Shown here: positions 40,871-54,040 of the stretch, one piece after another
Numbering within the stretch: the first letter of the stretch is position 1
How the letters are laid out: every line of letters starts with the position of its first letter
Assembly (NCBI GenBank): GCA_964016885.1
Contig: OZ024742.1
Coordinates: 273,730,001-273,794,000, forward strand
Source of the DNA: Eledone cirrhosa
Taxonomy: Eukaryota
Length of the DNA stretch: 64,000 nucleotides
Reading direction: 5' to 3'
The notes under the pieces: generated by a model
The model's input: the letters and a program-made list of their open reading frames with translations, nothing else
Databases searched by the model: none
What the model was told of the DNA's origin: nothing
Program-made: the position numbers and the translations under genes

Positions 40871-41129
40871 TATATAAACTGCATTAGAAGGAGATTAGCG
40901 ACGGAAATAAATGAATGTTCATTTAAGCGATCGCTAACCGGAAGTGTTGTCATTTGAAAATATTAAAGAAGTGAATCTTTAAATAAGCTATAAAATATAT
41001 TCAACCAACAGCCACGAAATTTAGCACATAAATTATGTAATATTCATTCATTATTTATTCAAAGTAATCCAACTTATTTTACAAACGGGGTAAACAAATA
41101 TATTCTGGACGCAGTCCCGCACTCCTTTC

Positions 41130-41440
41130 TTTATTATCATCATCATCAGGTCGAGCTTGCTCGGCTTTCTACGATACGTTTCCTCCATCCATCTCTGTCT
41201 CTCATAGCGTTTGCCAATTCTTCCGCAGTGCATCCAATATCGTCCTCAAGTTGCTTGACGTATGTCTTCTTGGGACGACCAGCGTTTCTTTCTCCATGAG
41301 ATGGACTCCATAACAACACATCACGTGCTATTTCTTCCTTGCTGCGCCAACAGTGGCCAGCAAATATGAGTCTCTGTCCACGTATTGACCTGCTGATAGG
41401 TGGTATATTGCCATAGAGATCCTTATTTGTTGGGTGTGAT
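41130..41440 (-). mobile_element. RTE-like LINE 3' end with a (TGA)n tail
   Basis: RLIFAGHCWR, LLWSPSHG..GRPKKTY, MRDRDGWR, followed by tgatgatgatgataa. Confidence 0.8.
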
Positions 41441-42884
41441 AATGATATATAATCGATGTGATATAGCGATAGAAATATAGCATATAGCATATCTATTACC
41501 ACTTAAGAATGGGTGAATGCATGTCTGCAAGTGTATATTTTTGTGTGTCTGTTTTTGCGGGATTTAATTTAAACATATAAATGTACGATCGTCTGCTATT
41601 TCATACATGATATATATATATATATTTATATATATATATATATAGAGAGAGGGGGGGGTAGAGAAAGAGAGAGAGAGGGAGAGAGTGAGAGAGAAAGAGA
41701 GAGAAAAAGAGAGAAAAAGAGAGAGAGAGAGTAGAATGAGGTAGTCATAACAACAGTGGTAGCAGCACAACCCTCAGCTGAGGCATGTGAAAACAAAAGT
41801 TCTCGTACATACATAAATATATCTGTCACATACTCACTTATCTATCTGTATCTCTCTCGTCATATACTCACGCATACAATCTCTGTCTCTTGCTTTCTCG
41901 CTCTATATATATAGTAGTTGACGGCTATATATATAGTAGTTGATAGTGATTTTATAAAATCAAAGAACAACAACAGTTATAATGCACCTGAGTGCTGTAC
42001 ACAATAATTTTCATTATTATACTTACAACATACTGGCAATCCTAACACCTAATTTTACACACACAATCTCTCCCTCTTTCTTTCTCGCTCTGTCTATATA
42101 TATATAGTAGTTGAAGGCTATATATATGCACATACACATCAGCGTGTTAAAAAAAATCCAAATCGCTTCATCATTATTTATATTTATTACATAAATTTTG
42201 TAATATACATTCATTATTAATTCAAAGTAATCAGAGTTTATTTTACTAACGGGATTAAAAAATATGAACCGGACGCTGTCCTTCACTCCTCCATTTATTA
42301 TAGTATAGATAATAGTAATAAACGAAAGATATATACTTTATAACATGTCTATTTATTTCATTATATATATTTCGAAGATGCAAAGTTTTACGTACAACAT
42401 AAACCAGAACATATCCTCTCCAGACAAAATAAATATGAGATGCATAATTTTTCGTGATATGCTGGTAGCCAAATAAGCGGCACAGATCTGTGACCACCAA
42501 GCAGATGACAAGAAAAATATCAAAAGATAGGAGGTTACGTGACTGGGACGATAATTTCAGTTTATTTAAACGTTTAATAAATTATTCAGAATATAGCGTA
42601 ATTAGTTTGGTCAAAAAGCGAAAAAATAATTTAGCGTTATTCAGTCAATATGTAGCTTATAATCAATTGAAATAGGTATAAATCAAAATTATATATTATA
42701 TCAAAGGAAAAAAGGAAAAATATATTCTAGGAATCAAAAGTAGTATTATGAAAGTATATTAATAAAGAGGATGGAATTTGGATTAGAAAACTTTGGAGGT
42801 AAATTATGTTTCTTTATGTATAATTCGATTTTGAAATGAGTAGAAAAGTATTTACTAATCGATATGGTTTATATATATATATGA

Positions 42885-43305
42885 TAGTCACTACTTTAAA
42901 ATTATAGCGCAAGGTCTTCAAAATGTGTTTAATTAAACATACGGTATATTACCAAATATAATATACATAGATTCATCTATACATCGCTATTTCAGAGCAC
43001 CAATCCTAATGTTTAATGTTTGCTGGACCGGCAATCGCTGTGTATAATCAGTTCCTGATTATTACTGGAATTCTATAAGAAACCAGACTCTATAATTTCC
43101 GGCAGAAGAACACCAACAGTGTGAAACAGAATCTGTCAGCTTCTCTCCATTCCTTTGCCGAAAAAAGAAATAAATGACATAGTCACTACGTTAAAATGAT
43201 AGCGCGATGTCTTCAAAATGTTGTTAATTAAACATACGGTATACTAACAAATATACTATACATACATTCATGTATACATCGCTATTTCAGAGCACCAATC
43301 CTAAT
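42885..43305 (+). mobile_element. About 1.4-mer of a 295-bp non-coding unit with a degenerate HHR (43050-43141), in (TA)n
   Basis: 42885-43010 is repeated at 43180-43305. CTGATTA-ttactg...cagtgt-GAAA-cagaatctg-TC. Confidence 0.65.
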
Positions 43306-43334
43306 ATATATATATATGATATATATGTACAAAA

Positions 43335-43442
<108 letters not shown>

Positions 43443-43625
43443 CTGAGTAGGTTTTAATACTGTGAGGTACATTATTTAGTTCAAATGAAGGGAAATAATT
43501 GTAGATGTCAAATTTATCAATTTATATTAAATTAATTTATTTAGATACAACCTACATTTAAAATAGATGAAAAATTGCAACAGAGGAAGTTTATAACGGA
43601 GAAACAAATAACGGAGACAAATAAT

Positions 43626-43733
43626 TTGTTTCTCCTTTTGGAACAAGGCCAGCAATACTAGTGCATTACTGGTACTTTATTTTATCGACCCCGTAAGGAT
43701 GAAAAGCAAAGTTAACCTCGGCGGGATTTGAAC
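43626..43733 (-). mobile_element. SINE fragment, same family as 12256-12440
   Basis: tttatcgaccccgtaaggatgaaaagcaaagttaacctcggcgggatttgaact. Confidence 0.8.
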
Positions 43734-43739
43734 TAAAAA

Positions 43740-46330
43740 TAATGGAGAAAATTAGTTAACTCATTCTGTCATATAATCTAGATTTTTAAAATGAAGATAA
43801 CGAATTGACTTAAGATTATATATAAAGGAGTTATACCCATCCTATTGTCTTTTTTATGTATAAAGCTTAACTAAAACTCTAAACGTATTTAAAGATTAAC
43901 TAAACATTCTATGAAACCTTTTCGAGTATCGGTGGCGGCATGAATTAAAGATCTCAGAGCGTTAATTAATAATTAGTTTTGTACTATTAACAATATAAAA
44001 CATTCCAGTGGTACATAGGTTACAACTCATAGAAGTGGAAGAATGTTTATAAAGTAAAATATTAGAAAGATTGTGTCAAGAAAGATAATTGTCAACAGTA
44101 TTTTTAACCGACCAAATTAATTCTGATAAAGCAGTACTAAATCTCTTGTCTTCTCTCTTGAACGTATGGCGGTGATTATACCACCTTTCTTTAAATTTAG
44201 AGGAGTAGCACTAATATAAGACTTATCTTTTGTTTTCACAATGCTAGATTACGGTCAAGACAGTCACTGCTTAATGGACACGAATAACTATTTTTACAAT
44301 TGCGATTTCCCACGCTGTTATTTAATGATGCCACTCTGTTTTCGTAGTTCGAAAGGTTTTCTTGGTCTGTTATTGGTATACTGTTGTTAAACGAGAAGTT
44401 ATTTATTCTATTAGTGATGCTCTAATTATCCTTAGGGGTTAAATTCATATGAATAGTTCCGAGATTTCTATTATTAATTTTAGGTATATTTTGGCCAATA
44501 TTCCTAGTGGTTGAGTATGAAAATTTTAATTGTATGTCTATTAAAAAATTAACAATATTTATGCATTTTTGAGAAGCATTTATCAAGAGCATTGAAGAAA
44601 AGGTGAGCTAAGCTTTTCTTGATTCCTAGTGATAGTGGTGGTGAGTACCATAAAATAGAACGAGAACGAATTCCTTTGATAATAATTATTAGTTTTATAG
44701 GAGTTATATCGATTATATGACTGATTTGGCCTAGTTTTGTGGTTTATGTTACGGATATTAGCATTAATACAATTGTTGTGAGATTAATGTGCATTAGTAT
44801 TGATATTAAATGAATGTTGATTTAAATACGGCGGGGTGCTAAATATCCTTATCTATATATTTGATGTTATCAGATTAATCTGCTCTATTTAACGCCTCGT
44901 CATAATATTTAGCCGCATTGTCAACATTTCCTTATTGGCTGACAGTCTAGAGATTATTTGCTGAACACTATTAACTATAGCACTTTTAACATTTCTAGGG
45001 TGGTTTGAATGAAATATAACATAACAAAGGTTTTCAATTAATTTATGGAACGGGTAGTAAAGGCGAGAATTAATGTTTAATGTTATATCTAGGAAATTAA
45101 CTATTTTATTATTATTTTCAATTTCGTAATTGTTAAAAAAAGTCAGTTATAATTTTCTTCTTTCAATTAAGTGTGCTATTATTATGGTTAATTACTACAA
45201 AGAGAGCATCATCACGATATAAATCTCCGCTAAGCTCAGGTAATTTTCTTTAAATTAGGTTAAGGATGAAAATTCCAATGTCGAAATGTCCAGGTCTATC
45301 AACTCTAGTTGAAATCAATATTAGTCTTTCTATCACTAAGGATAATATTAATTTCATCATTCGAAGATCTGTAAATGTTGTTGCGCATGATAAGGCTTTC
45401 TTATGTAGTGCAGGAGAAATGGAAGAATAGTAATTGGTTAAATCCAATTGAATAAATTTGACTTTCACTTTTAAGTTTAGTGAACCAGCCGATAACCTCA
45501 TTTGTACCATTCCATAATTTTAATCGAAATTACAACTTTAGAATTAGTAAGATTCTGTCCAAGAAGATTTTACTAATAACACCTAAGTCAGATTTGGATG
45601 GAGCTATAAGTCTGACAGGTAGCTCAGATTCAAAATTGTCCTTATGATCTTTCAGATTAACTTTGGTGTTTTAGGTATGTTCAATCCCAATTTTAAAAAC
45701 AATTTCGAAAGCTTCTTTATTAGAGAAACATTTTAAGGTCCTCATAAGTAGTTTTGCGGTAGTTTTTCCTAAGTTCCTTTATTATTAAGGTGTTATAATC
45801 ATATTTATCAACACCATAAAGGTTATTGGTTTTATAAGATTTAAGCAGTATTTTTTTGGTTTTGCTGAATTCATCAATTTTGATTCTAAGATGTTTTAGA
45901 TATTCTTGGCCTCTACATGGGTTTTCTTAAATGTAATACCCTGTATAGTATTAATTAGTTCAGTCTCAAATTCTGCTAAAAGTTTGTTGTATGGTGGGTG
46001 TTTCCTGGATTTAAATCTCAGCTCAAGATTGTTAGCTGAGTTGTCAATTTTTTCATTTGTTGCCATATCAAAATGATAAGCGCGCCAACGCATTCTTCAT
46101 ATGAAGTAGTCCGTTTTTCAATCAAATGTTTAGTATATTCCCTTTTACCAAGATGTGCACATCCTTAAGTGAGGAGGAGATATTGAAGTACTCCATCCTT
46201 TATTTGTATCTGTTAAAGAATAAAACGCCCAACAAATGCAGGGGCAAAAGATTAATCAATGAACAAAAAGTTAGTTTATTTATAATCAATCAACTGATTC
46301 ATATATATAGCAGATGTCAAGCACTCCATG
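43740..46330 (-). mobile_element. Near full-length Naiad-like Penelope element, decayed
   Basis: MRWRAYHF, LKDHKDNF, RLIAPSKSDLG, FIQLDLTNYYSSIS, GDLYRDDALF, VNFLDITLN, SILWYSPP and ERWYNHRHTF. Confidence 0.88.
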
Positions 46331-46344
46331 ATATATATATATAT

Positions 46345-47140
46345 AATGAGTATATGTTGGTTGTATACGAAAACGTCAGTATGCAGTTTGGAGCACTCGC
46401 CGAAGTGCGCAGGTTGGTTTGGTTACTCCAGAGTAATGTAAAATAAACTGAAATAAATAAGTCAAATGTTTAAAATTTGGCTTCGTTTATTACTGGTATA
46501 TATATTTCGGTGACAGCCATCTTTGGCTGTGACCTCTTCATGCAGTCAGAATTAGTGTGGTAGAGACGAGTACACATGTTGTTGAGGTGTTTAACTTTGT
46601 CAATACTCTGATATGCCCAGTTCCTGGTTGGGTTGTTATTTCACTGAGGAACTGGAATCATATGAATTTAAACAAACACATTTCAGCGTCAAAGGACATT
46701 TTATCCTCCCATTGGTCAGTTGTGAGAAAATTCCTCAGTCAAAAGTCTATAGAAATTCGTTCTGAGACGAGGCAATCTGTAGTGGTTGTTCTTGTTATTG
46801 TTAAGTACATCTGACCTCTACTCTTATGTTGGTAGTGGTGTTGGTGTTGGAGTAAGCTCAAAAAAATAATAAAGTGGTAGAAGGAATGAGATGGTAAAGG
46901 AACAAAATAAAATAAGATAATCAAATAAAATTTGTGTGAGACAGATTTGTACAGTCACTCCTCCCATTGGTCAGTTGTGAGAGCATTGCTCAGTCAAAAG
47001 TGTATAGTAATTCTTTCTGGGGTGAGGCTACCTGTAGTGTTTGTTTTTGCTATTGTTAAGTACATCTGATCTCTACCCTTATTTTGGTAGTGGTGTTGGT
47101 GCTGTGGTCAGCCTATGTCTTGCTGCTGCTGACATTTAGA
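46345..47140 (-). mobile_element. Non-coding pLTR-like element with an HHR (about 46492-46547), an internal repeat of period about 255 bp and a GAGTGC tail
   Basis: actgc-aTGAAGA-ggtcacagcca aaga tggctgtcacc-GAAA-tatata-TA-ccagt. 46705-46855 resembles 46960-47105. Confidence 0.7.
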
Positions 47141-47141
47141 A

Positions 47142-47171
<30 letters not shown>

Positions 47172-47177
<6 letters not shown>

Positions 47178-47688
47178 TCAGGTTTGAGGTTCACCACTTG
47201 ATAGAGCTGGTATATTCCGTATGGTCAATCGTAATGTAATAATATAGAGAGTACTCAACGTAAAGCAGTTCAACCGTCTTTGTTTTTGTAGTTGGTGGTG
47301 CTATTACGGAGTTAAATATTATAATGAAATGACAGGAGGCTGAATTTGTGTAAATCCTTGAAAGGTTTATTATACTATGATCATTTCAATAACCGGGTTA
47401 CGTATGAATCCGGTGATATCATCAGGTATTCGAAATATAATACGTGAATGTAATAGATAAAATCCACTCGAGGGCGACCGGCTAAGGTAGAAGGTACAGG
47501 ATAGCGATCGCCCTCGGGTCCTCGATTTTCAGCCCCATGGATTTTATCTATTACATTCACGTATTATATTTCGAATACCTGATGATATCACCGGATTCAT
47601 ACGGAACACGGTTATTGAAATGATCATAGTATAATAAACCTTTCAAGGATTTACACAAATCCAGCCTCCTGTCATTTCATTATAATAT
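47172..47688. mobile_element. Family C fold-back element: about 150-bp arms with an HHR in each (47372-47429 minus, 47575-47632 plus) and a tail
   Basis: 47317-47466 is the reverse complement of 47538-47688. The 70-nt spacer contains a cgagggcga/tcgccctcg hairpin. Confidence 0.88.
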
Positions 47689-48226
47689 TATATATATATA
47701 TATATTAAAATAACAGATTAAAGTTTAAGCAAAGAATCGCTGTTTTCACGCTTCATGGGATCTTCTGAAACTAAAATAAATCAATCTGTGGACGCAAAAT
47801 AAATATTTCGAAAAATGTTGCAACCGAAGGAAAACAGGAAGACGATACTTTCGAACGTGAAGAAGATCCTGGCAATGAACTGAAAAAAGCGAAGATAATA
47901 CATCGTTATGTGAGTGATGAGAACACATACACGCAAAGACAAAACAACGTTTATGGTTTAAATGCTGTAGACTAATACTCTATTTAGGAACCCGAATGAT
48001 TCTCGGCTTCAGAGTTAAGAATAATGTAAATAAATTAGTAGAACGAAAAAGACAGTGGTTATTATGTATATACATACACGCATCTAAATACCTACATACA
48101 CGTGCATAAGCGGAAACACCCGCCATGCAGACATATACATGCACGTACACATAAACACGCGCGCACATACATAATCCCACGTGACACATGTAACCGCACA
48201 CATAGGAGGGTGTACACCAAATACAC

Positions 48227-48264
<38 letters not shown>

Positions 48265-48268
<4 letters not shown>

Positions 48269-49880
48269 GGAACCAGTAAGACCCCGACGGCTGAGCTCAA
48301 GCCGTTTCGACGGCTAATTCTGGACTAAATGAAAATTTATCCTGGTATTTAAATAGCCGAGCTTCTCAAGGGGTAATTCCATATATGGTCGTAGTGATTG
48401 TCAAAAGTTAGTAGTAATTCTGTGATTGCAAATTAGTAGGGGAGATGGTGACTAAACCTACCAGTAGGAGAAAAAGGGGAGGGGATGGAGTAGACCCAAT
48501 CATGCGTTGGTAGTGCCAGCTACAGCTGGGCATGAGGTCAAAGAAGATACTGGGGAGGGGGAGGGGAGGAAGTCGAAACGGTAAGTAGAACAATGAAGGG
48601 TAAAAATATATATATGAAAGAAAAAATACGGAGAGTGATGAAAAGCGAATAAGTGTAAAGAAAAAAAAAGTATATAAGCAAGTTCTACGACCTAAGTCTC
48701 TAGCTATTGTTAGGCTAGATAAATAAATAAATAAAGAAAGAAATAAAGAAAGAAATAAAGAAATAACGAAATAAGTAAATAAACTAGGTGGGACGGAATA
48801 GGCAAGGACCCTGTTAAGAGGTATAAGTACGTAAATCATACGGTGACGGGTCAACAAATGGGGCCAAAATACTAAAGAAACTACCACGAAATAAATAATA
48901 ATGGTTTCTATCCCGGGCACAAGGCCAGCAACCACCCAGTGCAGCAAAGTAAACTAGTACGAGATAATAATTCTGAGTCCCGAAAAAAATATATACTAAT
49001 GCTAACTCTAAAGGTACCGCCGCGCTACAAAAGATATTATACAAGCTACCTGAAAGTTCGTACGAAGTAAAGGTAGAATACGGAAAAATAAATTCAGAAT
49101 CCACCCCGCCCAAAAGAAAAGAGAAGAAAGAAATATTGAAACGAGAAAATAAGGCATAAGTGCAACTAAGAAATATAGAAGGCACGGAAATAAGGGGGAG
49201 CGGTCGGAAAAGGGGGCAAGTATCCGAGGTCTAACACAACTGCTATAAAAGGCGGAGTCCGCCAAATCTATCATAGACTAGGGGAGGAGGAGGGGGTACT
49301 GAGACTACAAGGGGCCAAAGGGCAGCCTCGGGTGGGCGAGAAAAGACGCCGACAAAGAAGAAGAACTGGGGTAGAAGGACTAAGGAGGGAATGGGGGGAA
49401 GAAGGAAATAAAGGAAGCGATAAAAGAATAAAAAGATCTTACGTCTCCCTTGGCAGGCAGGGGTTACCCCTCATTGTTCTACTTACCGTTTCGACTTCCT
49501 GCCCCTCCCCCTCCCCAGTATCTTCTTTGACCTCATGCCCAGCTGTAGCCGGCACTACCAACGCATGATTGGGTCTACTCCACCCCCTCCCTTTTTTCTC
49601 CTACTGGCAGGTTTAGCCACCTTCTCCCCTACTAATTTGCAATCACAGAATTACTACTAACTTTTGACAATCACTTTGACCATATATGGAATTACCCCTT
49701 GAGAAGCTCGGCTATTTAAATAACAGGATAAATTTTCATTTAGTCCAGAATTAGCCGTCGAAACGGCTTGAGCTCAGCCGTCGGGGTCTTACTGGTTCCT
49801 ATTACCCACACTACTACCCTAAGTATTGAGTACTTTGGTGCGTTATGGTCCACCTGGTTCCTTACCATATTTCCTTCGTT
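48265..49880. mobile_element. Family D element: about 340-bp inverted arms with U3/A8-variant HHRs and a GAGTAC tail
   Basis: 48265-48602 is the reverse complement of 49464-49803. HHRs at 49694-49787 (+) and 48281-48374 (-). Confidence 0.88.
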
Positions 49881-49910
49881 ATATATATAAGTATATATAT
49901 ATATATATTC

Positions 49911-49946
<36 letters not shown>

Positions 49947-50359
49947 ATGTGTGTATGTGTGTGATTGTGTATACATATAATTATATAAACGTATATAAAT
50001 ACTCACACATAAATACGTATATAGCGCACGCACGCACTTACCTACCGGTAAAACCGCATATGTTTACCAAACGTACGTCGACCAAAACGCCATGTACACA
50101 TATATACACCTTACATACGTGCAAACACGCATACACGCATACACACTCAAACACCAAATACACATATACACATAACCATATACACATATACGAGTATATA
50201 TATTATAATTATATACACCAATAACAAATACAAGCATATATACGTACGTGAAAGTATACGTACCTTGACAAAACATACGGGTAAGGTATACTTACCTATA
50301 CAAATGAGTAACGGTTTAAGCATAAAATGTACTTAGCTACCACACCAAGACGTAAATTA

Positions 50360-52044
50360 CACCGTGTAACAAAAAAGAATGTTTCTCTGTTCCTGGCTTG
50401 TAATCACTTTTGTGTTGCTTAGGTCCAAAACAAATAAAAAAAAAGTGCTATTAAACAGTTAAAAGTTCGGGTTTGTAAAAATTCTAAGCTATTCACTCGA
50501 ATTATTTGTATGCTGGATTTTACGTTGTATGTAAGTTTAATTTGCTTATGTCAAATGATTTTCTTTATATATGTTTCAGGTTAAATTAAAATTATAAAAT
50601 ACAGAGTTATACCTAAAGAAAATAATAAAAGTGCAATAAAGTATAAAATTGTTAAAGAGTGGATTAAAGTGATTTATTGATATTGGATTTTCGCACCCTG
50701 AATAAAGGGTAAGTTGTGTTTTATGTATTCGTCTCCAGGATGAAGCATTGCAACTTGGTCAAGGAGAAAGTGCAGGTGACAAGTCAGAGAAGTCGAAACA
50801 AACCTTTCTCAGGCTTTTACAATCTTAGGGATGGCCTCTGTTTCTGCCATGACGTGCCTGAACTGTTTGACGTTATTGAGGTGCCGTTTGTGCCCAAGGA
50901 GTGGCGGCTATTTATAGACAGCTCCACCACAAGTTTGAAGGATGTCCTCCTCCACAATGGAAATAATTTCCCGACACTGCCCCTAGCTCATTCAGTCTGC
51001 CTGAAGGACGCTTACTGCAGTGTGAAATTCCTCTTGGAAGCTCTTCAATACAACCAGTACAATTTGGAAATCATTGGAGACTTCAAGGTGGTGGCTTTTC
51101 CGCTTGGACTCCAATGAGGCTTTATCAAATTCCAATGCTTCCTCTGCCTTTGGGACAGCAGAGCCACCTCTGACCACTACAAAAGAAAGAACTGGGAGCA
51201 GCGAACAGAATTTGTAGTTGGGGCCCGGAACGTCATGTGGGAGCCACTGGTTGATCCCAGGATTGTGCTCATGCCGCAACTGCACATTAAATTGGGGTTG
51301 ATGAAGCAGTTTGTGAAGGCTCTCAACCAAGAATCAGCTGCTTTTAAGTACCTTCTTGAGTTCTACCCCAAATTATCTGAGGCCAAAATCAACGGTGGAA
51401 TTTTTGTTGGACCTCAGATAAAGAAGGTCTTTGAGTTTACTGAGTTCTCCAATAAGATCAATAGGATTTAGAGAACATCATGGAACTGTTTCAAGGCAGT
51501 TGTTAAGGGCTTCCTGGGCAACTACAGAGCTGAAAACTACCAGCAACTGGTGCAGGATCTGATAAAGGATCTTGGCGCCATGGGATGCATGATGTCGCTA
51601 AAATTCCATATGCTGGACGCTCACCTGGAAAAGTTCAAGGACAATATGGGTGCCTACTCAGAAGAATAAGGCGAACGATTCAACCACGATGTGAAAGCGA
51701 TAGAGTGGAGGAATGCGACCTGGACTACAACCCCAAATCCAGGAAATCCAGTCATTTCTGACGTGTATAAGTTGCTTTATAAGTGTTATTTATTTTTACT
51801 TGTTTGCTGTTGATAAGCTCGTGTAATAAAATAAATATATACTCTATTGATTTAATTATATGAACTGATACATTTTTTTCTAAATGTGTTTTTTCTTGAA
51901 AAATATGAACATTTCAAAATATCAAATTCCTGACCACAAACCCAAACTTCTGATTAAATAATAGTGTTTTTTTTATAATAATGAGATATAACAAACCATG
52001 AAATGACACTTAGAACCGGGGAACAAAAAATATGTTACACGGTG
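50360..52044 (+). mobile_element. Chapaev3-type (CMC) DNA transposon with TIRs and a TTA TSD; transposase truncated and with stops
   Basis: TTA-CACCGTGTAACA...TGTTACACGGTG-TTA. Motifs EWRLFIDSS, VLLHNG, CFLCLWDSRA and LHIKLGLMKQFVKAL. Stops at about 51115, 51469 and 51668. Confidence 0.85.
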
Positions 52045-52089
52045 TTATCCGTGTATTGTTCGTACTATCCGTTAGGGCATAATGTGGGG

Positions 52090-54040
52090 CTGTGATACAG
52101 GAAAGTTTTATACAATTTGTGTTTCCAAGCCGAAATTACCTCAGATTTGTTTGTTTAAGATGTGGTCATTGGCGTAGAGTATTTCCAGGGCTTCATGCGC
52201 AAGGGTCGCATGGTCTTTTATTTCCGTTATACGATCTAGCTTTAGCTAGGATCTCCCAGTGTAACCTCTATTGGGTGTGGTTGTATTTTAGACTCCAGAT
52301 ATAAGCTGAAAGTGACGTCATGCTCCTTCTTAAAGGGTTAAGAAAAGAATGTCTGTGCATGTAAAGACGCTGCTTGAATATATTGGCGGTTAACCCTATA
52401 TAAGCCCTACGGGACGTGGGTCTTTCGACCTTATATTTGTAGACAATGTTATTGGAGAGGCAGTTCCCAGATAGAGGGCAGTCAACCAGATTCCTACAAT
52501 TACAATTAGTACTAGCTATCGGGTTGCTCGTGTTCCTACGGCTAGGTTATTTAGCTATATTTGAGGCAGTGATGTTATGAGCAAATTTAGAGTTCATAGA
52601 TTCAGATATTTTAATGGTATTTCTAATAGAAAATGTATCAGATGTATGTGCTGGGGGAAATGCTTCTTAATAAAGGAGACAAAGATGTTTGCTAATGGCG
52701 TGGCCACCTCCATATTATATAATGTGTTATACCATATAATCCGTCGGGATCTATTTTTCCTTGGTCTATACTCATACTTAGTATATGCTACCTTATCGAC
52801 AAGTCCACTCCGAGCAAGAGCTTCATTGTAATATGTGGAATGGTCGGTGAAAATATACTCGTTTGTTGATAGACGGAAAAGTCCCAAAGAAACGTTTCTT
52901 ACCAGGTTATTGGTTATGCTGGTAGGATATTTGGAAGACTTACTTATGTAATCAAGCGTATCATTCGGCTTTCTATAGAGGCAGTGCAAGCCATTCGACA
53001 AATTGAGGGTAACGTCGAGTTAATTAACGACCGAGAGGTTGGACTCAACCTGTATAGAGAGGTTGAAGCCTTTAAAGAAGGCCGTGAGTTCTTTTCTGAA
53101 CCTGTCATAAGCGCGTGGACCGCACTTTGTCTTGGTCAAAAGACCGTCATCGTGGTACAAACCACCGCCCACATTGGGGAATTCTTCCTTGATAGAGAAA
53201 ATAAGGAAAAGGCCGATAAGATCTGGAACCTCCGCCGAATCGCTGGCGCCCTTAATGACGTCGAATGAGGTAATATTAGATATTTTTCATACAAATAGAG
53301 TCGTCGAAATTAATACCCGACTTACGGGCATTGACAATTACATCAACTTCGAAATCGTTAACCACCGTGAGCGTTTTACCGATATTGATAGCTCTAAGAA
53401 GAAGTGGTCAATTCATGGAGGAGTAGTAGCTCTTGATATATAATTGGATAAAACGGCAATGTTCCTTGTTGCATATGCCATTGAAACAAACAATCACGGC
53501 GAAAGTATTATTCCACAGTGCAAGAGGAGTCAAGCTTCTAATTTCAGGTATAATTCTATCTTAATCTCTTTTACTTAGTCTACCTAAATCAGATTTTGTA
53601 GGGTTAATTAGCCGAATACAGGGAGTGTTGGCGAAATTAAGTTTGTGATCCTTCAGGGTAAAGTGGGGAGCAAGGGTCAAGAGGTTCAGTCCGGTCCTGG
53701 ATGTTGAGTTCAGAAGTGATTTTCAACCCATATCGTTGATGTCATTAATGACACTCTGATTGGTTTTCCGGCATTATGTAGCAGTTGATTGTAAGTACTG
53801 CGCTCCACTTGGTATAGATTGCCAGTTTTGTCGGAGTGGACGTGCCCAGCATTAGAACCCTTATTAGAACGAATTCTATTATTCAGGTCCTGCTGGAAGG
53901 AATTTCTCCTAGTCCGAAATTTGATAATCCGTATGAGTTCCAAGACATCATTTCCAAAGGGTAGTAATGCTGGGTTACTCGCAGGGTTATTGTAAGTTTT
54001 AAACCCAAATTTATAATGTTTATTGTCCTCTTTATTGTCC
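52090..54040 (-). mobile_element. Naiad-like Penelope element, RT plus GIY-YIG, decayed
   Basis: DKTGNLY, FTLKDHK, GGLYHDDGL, RRIIWYN, CNCRNLVDCPLSGNCL and AYIGLTANIFKQRLYMH. Confidence 0.87.

Noticed and set aside
43905-43962. Possible HHR at the 3' end of the 43740-46330 element; similar weak motifs at 2305-2360 and 20551-20636
   Set aside because: Core or stems are too degenerate to call. They may be relics.
52180-52215. In-frame TGA near Cys motifs of a Naiad-like GIY-YIG (possible selenocysteine, as reported for some Naiads)
   Set aside because: The TGA arises from a frameshift (the alternative frame gives HEALEIL). Other stops are TAA or TAG in decayed copies and no SECIS was recognised.
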